DNA of 42,641 nucleotides from Hausera hauseri (Eukaryota): NCBI GenBank assembly GCA_046269625.1, contig JBJURY010444355.1, positions 1 to 42,641 of the forward strand, read 5' to 3'. Shown piece by piece: positions 12,501 to 22,100 of this stretch (position 1 is its first letter; each line of letters starts with the position of its first letter). The notes under the pieces were generated by a model. It saw only the letters and a program-made list of their open reading frames with translations, ran no database searches and was not told where the DNA came from. The position numbers and the translations under genes were made by a program.

Positions 12501-12879
12501 ACCCGTCATCCCCGTCACCCAGATTCAATCCCGCATAATTGGTCAGCAAGCGATCAACATACACCGCGTCATTACCGTGCCCGCCGGTCACATACACATT
12601 GATTGCATCTAAATGGAAAGTCTGGCTGCCCCAACTCTCCTCGGTGTTCAGCCGGATATCACGCATCGCCCAGAAATTATAGTTCCCGGAACTCCTCGCC
12701 AACGCGCGCACTTCTACCCACTGCGCACTGATCTTGTAGTTGACGACATTCGCTACGACGCAACCGCCCATTACGCCGCAAACATAATCCCCATAAACGC
12801 TGATGCTACCATCCCAATCCCAACCATTGGGCTTCCAGTCCCATTGGGCATGCCACCACCAGTGTTCTAAATTAGCCAT
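565..12879 (-). CDS. Giant (~4104 aa) RTX/MARTX-like secreted protein, paralog A (beta-repeat N-terminus, LamG-like domain, helical region, hydrophobic segment, RTX-like C-terminus)
   Basis: 12.3-kb uninterrupted ORF. Start placed at MANLEH (GGAG 7 nt upstream; matches the paralog start). Repeated SND-x-V..LGNG-x-D motifs; LamG-like [35 protein letters not shown]; degenerate nonapeptides [27 protein letters not shown]. No Sec signal peptide. Function inferred. Confidence 0.8.
   Translation of the reverse strand: [4104 protein letters not shown]
1636..1697. repeat. 9-bp tandem repeat (GGCGTAGTR) encoding (PTT)6
   Basis: Directly visible. Translates to [22 protein letters not shown] in paralog A; absent at the equivalent site of paralog B. 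Confidence 0.95.
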
Positions 12880-12882
12880 TTT
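8738..12882. repeat. Long direct repeat, copy 1 (~4.1 kb; partner 22476-26620)
   Basis: Constant offset of 13738 bp. No differences seen across 8986-12723, and all antisense ORFs in the track translate identically in both copies. Scattered substitutions at both edges. Confidence 0.95.
9638..9717. repeat. 42-bp-period tandem duplication encoding [13 protein letters not shown] x2 (also at 23376-23455)
   Basis: A 38-nt unit CTGGAGGTCATGCTGCTGCCCGTATTGTTGTTGACTGC occurs at 9638 and 9680. Confidence 0.95.
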
Positions 12883-12987
12883 CATTCTCCAAGATTCCAC
12901 TTTCTCCAACTGGCTTGTCTATCAGAGAAAGCGCTGCCTTATGGCAGTATTTTTGTAATAAGACTACGCACTTGCCATCGACTCGCG

Positions 12988-13029
12988 AACGACCCGGGAA
13001 CCAGAGCTGAAGTAGGTTTCCCGGGCGTT
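12988..13029. other. Intergenic GC-rich stem-loop between the giant genes
   Basis: AACGACCCGGGAACC ... GGTTTCCCGGGCGTT imperfect inverted repeat. No U-tract, so not a clear intrinsic terminator. Confidence 0.55.
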
Positions 13030-13165
13030 ACACTAATCAACTATCGTGATGAAGCCTGACTTACCTTTCCCGGCTGTGGTGTATTCAACCCGGAAAGCGA
13101 CCAGACTTCCGTCACACTCATCCTGCTCCTTCCATAAATTACCTAGTTTATTCATACTACTATGC

Positions 13166-16100
13166 TTATACCGCAATCACGCCACGCAACTCGTTGTTCA
13201 CCATCCAGGTCACCGTGTCGGTTGCGGTATTGGCCTCGGCATGTATGCGTAATACCTCTTCGTCATACAGCGTTACCGAGGTGTAGCGCTCCTTGGTGGA
13301 TGTATCCACCATCACACGGCTGACATGAATATTCTCACTGAACAGCGGGGCATTCCGACCTTCTGCATCCAGGAAGCTCAACGACAGGATGTCCCGAACA
13401 TCGCTACTCTTGTTAAGGTAGATATGCTTCAACCCGTTTTTCAGACCAGTGTAATACTCCACATCGTACTGGTTCAACTCTGTGGCAGAGGCCTTGATGA
13501 CATCATTGCCCATGCCGGTGGAAAACTCCACGCTACCTACACCGCTGACTCCAGATGCATCCATCACCGCACTACCCTTCTTGCTCGCCAAGAAGGCTGA
13601 TGCTGCTTTTCCTGCAACACCATTACCCGTCAGGGTGATCGTGCCATTGCCACTATCCATAATCGCCCAACCCTGTATGTCAGTGGACTTCACATTATAG
13701 GAACCGGTTCCCGACAATATCGCTGTAACCCCTAGCGAGTTCAGGATTTCCACCCCTACACTGCTGCTTCCGGACAAATTCAGTTTGGATTTGGTGTTAC
13801 CATCCACCACCGCATGAACATTGACCCCCAGAGCCTGCACAATAGCATTGCTGGAGTTGGTCAGGTGGACAGTTACATCTTTTTCACTTGTAATCTGTGT
13901 ATCGGAATCATCCGATTTACCAACAGATACTTTGGCCGACCCGCTGGCAACCACCAGCGATTTAGCCTTGGAGGAAGAGTCAATTTCAAGATCCACTACC
14001 GTACCCTTAACCTGCACACTTGCCTCATTGGATCCCCGCACGCCCAACTTGATTCCACCACTCGAAACGGCCAAGAGGCTAGCCTTATCCGAGCCGGCAA
14101 GAGTGCCAGTTATGGTGGTTGCTGAGATTTGAGTGTTAGACGACGCAGAGTCCGTCAAGTTTGCAGTTACCACTGTGCCGTGGATCTGGAGAGAATAGGG
14201 TGTATCCACAACCTGGTTATTACTACCAGTTGTGCGGAGAACCCCCATGCCGCTCGCGTCCACATTCACTTTTTCCCCACTCAAAGCCGCTTTTACGCCG
14301 TTTGAGTGGTTGAAGTGGGCATTGATGGTACCCCCAATCAGCGCCAGATCGGCCCGATCGGAGTTGGTGACATGTACTGTACTGGTCTTTCCTTTTGACT
14401 CCTCCTTCAAGTCGTGCCCGGTGAGTGCGTAGGTACGCACGGTTGCTCCGGTTGAATTTACGATATTAAGATCAGCAATACTAGAGCCAATCACATTGAT
14501 TGCAGCATTTGCTGCGTTGTTCAAACCCAGGGTTCCGGCCTTCCCATGCACATTCAAACGTGCGCCGGTAGAATCTTTCACCTGAGCGTTGACTACCCCG
14601 TTAGGACTCTCAGAGGCAATCAGCTGCACGGTGGCGTTATTGCGCGATTGCAGCATAAAATCCAGCGATGCGGTTTTCGCACCGCTTTTGATTTCCAGCG
14701 TATCCACATCGTCAGAGATACTGTAGCTACCGCTACGACTGCCATTGTGCACTTGCAGGGTAGAACCGTTCACCGTGCTGCTGACAGCGCCGGTGTCCTC
14801 GATGATGGAGACCTTGTTTTTGCCCCCTCCCCCAACAATGCGACCATTGGCATAGAGCGTGTCGCCGCGCAGAATAAAGCGATCATCCCCTGTGGAACCG
14901 GTCATGTACCGCGCACCTTCCAGGGTTACGCCGCTGGTGTTGCTACTACGCAGACTCACCTGTGCATTCTCGGCACCGTTAACCACATCTACCTTATGAT
15001 CGGTCAGAATTTCATACGGGCGACCCCTCCAGTCTATGTTGCCCTGGAAGTTGTAGATACCAGAATTGAAATTGGTGTAGCTGGAAGCGAGGTAAGTCAT
15101 GCTCGCCCGATAGACTCCATCGGTAGTGTTGTAAACAAAGCAGGTGTCCAGACTGGTCTGATCGATACCCACCATCAGGGTGTTATTGCCCTCGCCACCA
15201 TCTATCGATCCGGATCTGGAAGACTCGGTATTGTCACGTTTGATTTTAATTGCGGTAGTGAACTTGTAGAACCAGTCCATCGACCCACTGACTACATCAT
15301 CGGCATTACCCAGTCGTATATTGCCCCGGTTCTTTGCGGCATCGAACATCAAATCCCAGGTGATTTGTGCACCGGTATCGGAGAGGATGTTGAAGTCATG
15401 CCGGTACAGATCGGTCATCATCACCCGGAACGAATTCACGTTGATGTTGGTTGGATCGAGCATCTTCAGGAATTTCATGTATTCCGACACATCGAAGCTG
15501 TCACCATCACGGAACACCTGATGGAACACCTGCGTCGGCACACTGGAAAGATCCGTCTGGGTCTTGAGGGTAGGCTTCACGTACGGCCCCAGATAAGAAG
15601 CGACATTCCAGTGGCTGTTGGTCGGCACAAATTCGGTACCGTCGGGCAACACAATGTTGGTGCGTATTGCCGACATCACCAGGGCGCCACCCGAATCAAC
15701 GTAATCCCCCAGCTGTTTGGCAGTAGCCTGCATCAGAGCCTGCAAATCATTCTTGTTGCTGATAAAACCGCGCTTATCGTATTGCACGGCGGCATGGTAG
15801 ATGCCGTAGATCACCTGTTCGCCCGAATAGACCTTGAAGTAATTGAAGGCCGTACCCGCACCTCCGACAGAGTCGGCATAATCGGCACTGTCGTGAACGC
15901 GATTGCGAATGGAATTGGAAGCGGTAATGGCCCAGGCCTGCGAGAACATCGACAACCCCGGTGTCGCCGCGAGAATCAGCTGCTCGTAACCTGCCTGATC
16001 CATGATAGCCACCGACTTGAAGGGCAATGAACCCAGGCTCTTGCCCTGATCGGTTGCCTTGCTGATTATTCCATCGGTCAGAATGCTGATGGTGCCATTC

Positions 16101-19100
16101 ACCACATCAATTTCTTCTGCCATTTTGCCTGCCTTGATCGCCGAGTTGATGTCCGGCACCAGCAGGGCGGCAAAGGCCGCAGGCCCGCAGGCAAACATTG
16201 CCACCAGAGTCAAGGCAGTGGTAATCACCCCGCCGATGATGGCACCCGCCAACTCTTCAAACCGGCTTTCATTGTAAGTCACCGCTGCATAGATGATCGA
16301 AACCAGAGAAACCGCTATGGCAATCGTAACACCTACGACATTCATGGCCTTGGAGACATTTTCCAGCATACGCATTGCAGAGGTTGCCGTGTTGACACCC
16401 AGAGCAATGAAGCTGTCCACCGTGATTCCCGCTGCCTCAAAGAACATGGTGAAACTCATGGCTGATCCAGAGGCCACACCCACCGCCAAACCTGCCATGG
16501 TGACCGGATCACGCTCGTTTTCAGGCGTTCTTTCCAGATAGTTTTGATAAGCCTGGATTGCACCAAACATCTGGTACACACCCACTGCGCCAAAGAACAA
16601 CATCAGGGCGACCCCCATGCTCGCCTTCTCCTGTGCAACATGACGGGCCTTCTTCTGCGAATCCTCCAGCTGCATCTGTTCCGTGATGTCCAGCGTATCG
16701 ACATTCCCTCCCCTCGCCCTGTATTTCTGTCCTTTATCGGTCAGTTTTTCCTCAATCTCATGCATGACGTTATTGGTCTTGAAGTCCTGAACATTGACCC
16801 GTACTTCTTCCAGCACTGCAAGGGTTTGTTTCTTGTTGACCAATCTATCGGAAGAACTGTCACCGGATGCAGGATCGACAGCGAGAAGCTTCTGTAATTT
16901 CTCGTTGTCCAGTTGTGCGGCCAGTTTGTCCAACTGTGCTTTTTGACTCAGAAGCTTGTTCTTCGCCTCAAGCCTCGCAGCCTCCTCGGCCGCGACCGTG
17001 TTCTTCAGGAACTCATCCATCCCCGCCTGCTGCCGGTCACGCAAATCGGCCATAGCCTCACTAACCGATTGCTGGACTTTCCGTATGTCTGCCTCCGAGA
17101 AAGGCACGCCATCGAGTGCCGCATTATCTATGACCTTCTGCACGCTGCGCATTTGGTCAGAGAAATTCGGACGGCCACCGTTCTTCGCATCAGTCGATGT
17201 TATATCGTTCAGCAAGCGCTTTTCGGCCGATGCCAGATCACTGGCATATTTTGCCTTGTATTCCTCCATTTGGGCTGTGCGATCCACCACGGGCAGGTCA
17301 CCCAGGTCTTTTTGGGAGACGCCCGCGTAATCCTGCGCCAAGCTGTCAACCTTCAGGCTAGTCTGATCATTCAGCAGAGCTACTATGAGCTTGTCCATCT
17401 CTGATGCTATGCCTGTCAGATCGATCTGGATAGCAGCTTTCAGGTTATCGGGTATATCGGCAGACTTCAATATCCGCAACATTGTGTCGGATTTAACCAG
17501 CATCTCCACAAAAGCATTACTAACTGCCATATTCTTCCTTGCTGAGACACTGCCATCCATGAGTTTGGCATGTGCATCTTTCGCATTCTCTAAGGCACCT
17601 AATGCTGATATCAGTTGATCCTCCAGCCTGGGCGGCAACCCACCTTTCTCCAGCATGGCCTGTATCTTTACCGCAGCGGGTTCTGTAGCTATCTTGGAAC
17701 TCAAATTCACGTGCATACCCTTGGTATAGGCCTGGTCGGCGGGAATATTCATACTCTTCGCCAGTTGGTCAATCTCGTACTGCCCCTGATTCTGCAAATG
17801 CAGGTCATACTGCAGACGCACGGCATCCATATTGCTGGCCAGTTTATCCAGCATGACTTTCATACCGTCTTTTGCCTTGACTCCCAGCACGTCACCCAGC
17901 GCATGAACGCTATCCCACAATCCGCCTACCTTGTCCAGTATCTGGTTTACATCAGCCTGCGTCAAATTGGAGGCCGGATTCTTCAATTCATCCATCAGGT
18001 GCTGCATATCAGCGACTGCCTTGTTTACCCCTTTCTGCAAAGAAATCGTTATGCCCTTGATCGAGTAAGCCTTGGAGTTTTGAACGATGCCGTAATACTC
18101 GTCCTGGGCCGCATCAACTACCTGGTTCCGGGTCTCGGACAACAACTTCTCTACCTCCCCATGGTTTTCCGAAATTTCCAGTTGCAACACCTGTTGCTTC
18201 AACAGCGGCCACTTGACGCGCATATCATTCTTGTAGCTTAAGCTCAAATCACTACCGTCCGCATTCATTCTGCCTTTACCTGCCACGGTGTCCTGCTCCA
18301 ATTGGATCAGCACCTTGGTTTCCGCAATCATCTCGTTCAGATGCATAACCTGGGCTTGCGTGGAGATCATGTTCTTGTACGTTTGCAAGAAATCCAGCAG
18401 AGTCTTCAGTTTCGTGGAACTCTCCCTGCTATCGACTAAATAGTCATGCAGATCCGACGTCGCAGTGGCAACCTCCACCACGCCACTTTCCATCTGCTTG
18501 GCTGCCTGTGCAAGCGTCTTTTTCAGACCCGGATCGACCGCGAGGGGGTCACGACCCAAATGTTTTATCGTAGCCGCATCCTGCAACACCGCATCACGCA
18601 GCGCCTTAATCTCCGCCAATTGCTCCGGGGTGGGCTTGGTATTTTGTATTTTGCTCACGGCGTCTTGCAAGGCCTTCTTGTCTTGCGCCATCTGCGCTAT
18701 ATAATCGTCAACGCTCTTTTTGGGGGAAACCTCTGGCACTGCCGGACTCTTGGCCAGACTAGCCTTTACCTGATCTTTCATGGATTCTATTAGATCCGTC
18801 GCCTGACGGGCCTTCTCAGCCTGCAGCATGTCCTGCTGCGATTTCCCCAGTTTCTGCAATTCTGCCTGATGCACGGCATCGGTAATCAGCCCCTGATTTT
18901 TTGCCTCTGCCAATGCATATTTGGCCTTTTCATTGGCCAGCAGAGTGCTATCCAGGCTTTCACCACGCGCAGCTTTATTCGTGCTGGCATCCCCGGCTAT
19001 TTTTTTATGCTGGTCATTCATGTCCAGCGCAGACTGCACAGATTTCTTCCAATCCACCTCGACCACCACAGGGGTGATCGGCACCATATCGGCAAAATTC

Positions 19101-22100
19101 ACGTTGTCCTGCGCAAGAACCGCCCGCAACAACTCACGGCTCAAGGGTTCCACATCACTGGTAAACGGAATGTCTGCTGCTGCCAGCCTGGCCTGTACCT
19201 GACCCATTTTGGTATAGGCATCCAGAATAAGTTTTTTTACATCCTTGTCGCTCATGGCTCCCTCTGCATGTGCCACAACACCTGCTTTGGCTTTTTGCAG
19301 GGTGGTAATATCCTGAATCAACCCTTCCAGCAGTGCTCGATCCTCCGCATTCAGCGTGCCTGAATCCAGTACGGTCTTGGCTTTTTGCATGCTTTTCATC
19401 TGCTCAACTGCCGGATCAAGCACAAACGGCGCGGGCAATGCCGATTTTTTACCCGCTTCTGGCAATACGTCTGGTTCCGTTGTACCCGAGCCCTTACCTG
19501 TCGTCTTGGTCGGATCAGCAGTCGTCTGATTATCAGGTGAACTGCCTGTAGTCTTGGTCGAGTCTTCGGGTATGCGCATGTCAATATCACGAAGGCTGGC
19601 TGCATCAGGTTGTGTATTGTCTGCCACCTGCATCAACCGGGTATTAAGGTCCGTGTCTGACAGCACCTTTTGATCTTTGGTAATCAAGTCACGCACGACC
19701 CGTGGCAAACTCACGGTAGCCGCCAACTGGGTGATGTGTATCAAGATGTCGGTCGGGTTGTCTACACTTTTCGTGACGGCGTAAATACCCGAGCGGATAC
19801 TGGACAGTAACGAGGTCAATGCGTTCCAGCTGTATACCACATCCTCTGTGGAGACCTTCTTATCCCGTTGTTCCTGGAGCAATGCCTTTACACTAGGTAT
19901 TGCACGAATAGCAGCAACCGCAGCCAGCAGCTCGCTTGCCGTGTGAGCACCAATGGCGCCACCTTTGGTCACATAAAGGTTGCTCAAGGCAACTGCGTAC
20001 TTGAATGCGGATTCTATGGAATTCATCGTGAAATCCAGATACCGTTGCATCGTTGGCTTCACATCGTAGTTAATTTGTATGTAGCCATCATAGCCCACAC
20101 CCTGATTGCCAGAGATGTTACCGATATAGACCGGTATCGTGACGCTCGTCAATGCCTTGTTCAGAGCGGTAAGGTTGTCCAGCTTTGTACCCTGATAATT
20201 GCCACCTTCGGTATAAGCCTTGAAGATCTGATTCAGCTGCCCGGTGATCGGGGATAACTGCATGCTATTGTTCAATGCCTCTACCTTGGGATTATTCACT
20301 ACCACCGGCACATCTCTGGCATTCACCACATTCTTGATCGGGTTATTCACCCCCTCATCCATATTCAACTGTGCAACCAGACCAGCATCGGTTGGTTTGA
20401 CACTGCTCAGACGATCCACCAACCCTGCCGGATTGAGATCAGCCGCACCCAGCGCCTTGTTCCAGACCGAAAAATGCCCTACCAGACCTTGCAACGAATT
20501 GGCAAATGGCGTGTTCGAGATGGTGCCTAAACGCACATCCCAGGAATCCTTGCCTACCGGCAGACTCCAACCCTCGACGATAATCTTGCTAACTCCGTTT
20601 ACATACACCTGAAGCTGGGTGCCAGAGCGCACCAGTGCAATGTGCGTAAAACCGGAGCCATCCAATACGGCAGACATCGCTGAAGCACCTGCCACTTTAC
20701 TCGCAAGAGTGCCACCTTCCGTCGACACATTAATATTGCCACCCTCTACAAACACATTGATGCGCGAGCCACGTGCGGTGTTGACCAATTCAAACAAGCC
20801 CTGCTTGATCGTTTTTCCACCATCAAAACGGAACCAGGATTCCAGCGTCAACGCCTGATTGTCGAGCGATAACTTTTCCAGATTCACCGAACGTGCCGCG
20901 TATTTATCCCCGGCATAATTCAGCCGCAAGCTGGTGTTCACCAGCTTTTCATAGGTAGCGGGAGCCAAGGTTGGCGTAGCCGTAGGCGTGGGGGTAGGCG
21001 TCTCAGCGGGTTTCCCCTTGGGGTCATTTGATGCCGGATACAACACACCTTCCAGCGTGTCGTGACCTGCCCAGTTTTGCCGGGTCAGGAAAGGCATGGC
21101 CTCATACTGCGCCTTGCTGATTGCCATCCACTGCGTCTTGCTCCAGCTACTCAACACATTGATGTCGATATTTTTGAAAAACTCTGTCCCCAGCACACTG
21201 ATTTGATCTGTACTCAATATCTTGGCAGCCTGATGCGTATTCTCAGCCAGCAAACGCTGCTCCATGCTACCCAGATGTGAAAGCTCATAAATTGACAAGG
21301 CCGACACTTCTGCGGCGGTCATGGTCAATAAGTCATGTGCACCACTCAGCGCCAAGCCGCCCGATACCAGGTTGACATCGACCCGACCGACCTTGGTGCC
21401 GGCACTGGAAATCAACTGCATCACATTCTGGTTATTCGTCGCTGCGTTTTTACCATAGATGGTAAAGTGCACCACATTGGCCGGGTCACCCACCATATGG
21501 CGGGCAGATTGAAGCTGGTTGTCGATATTGAGTTGTACAGCACTCGCAGGCGTACCCTCGGACAACTCCACACGCACATCGTACTTGATACCCGGTTTCA
21601 AGGTGAGCGTGAGCGGCATGCTACCTTTCGCCGGAATATCCCGGTTAAATTGTTGGGTAAATACCGCCGCCGCCAGGTTCTTGATCGTGCTCGTGGTTTG
21701 CAAGATAGTATTCTGATAGCCAGAGTATTCCAAACCAGTCAGCTCATCTGCCATACGCTCGCGATTCGTCACTGCACTGGTGTCTGCTATCGAGGCCTTG
21801 GCGTCCAGATTCTGGTCGCTGACGACAACCCTGGCACCTGTGTAGGTCTTGCTCGCAGCTCCACCCAACCCATATTCGGTTGAAGGAACGGACAATTTAT
21901 ACCCTTTTGCGTCACCCGTACGCACCTGTACAGAACCAAAACGCTCCATGTCCATTGTGATCAACACGCCGCGCTGATAGGAGGCTGAATCGATAAAGAA
22001 CCATGACGTATCTTGCACATCACCATCCAATGCAATGACCACTTTGACATGACCATTTTCGATTTTGCCAAATTGCAGACGCAAGGGATTCTTCGCAGGG

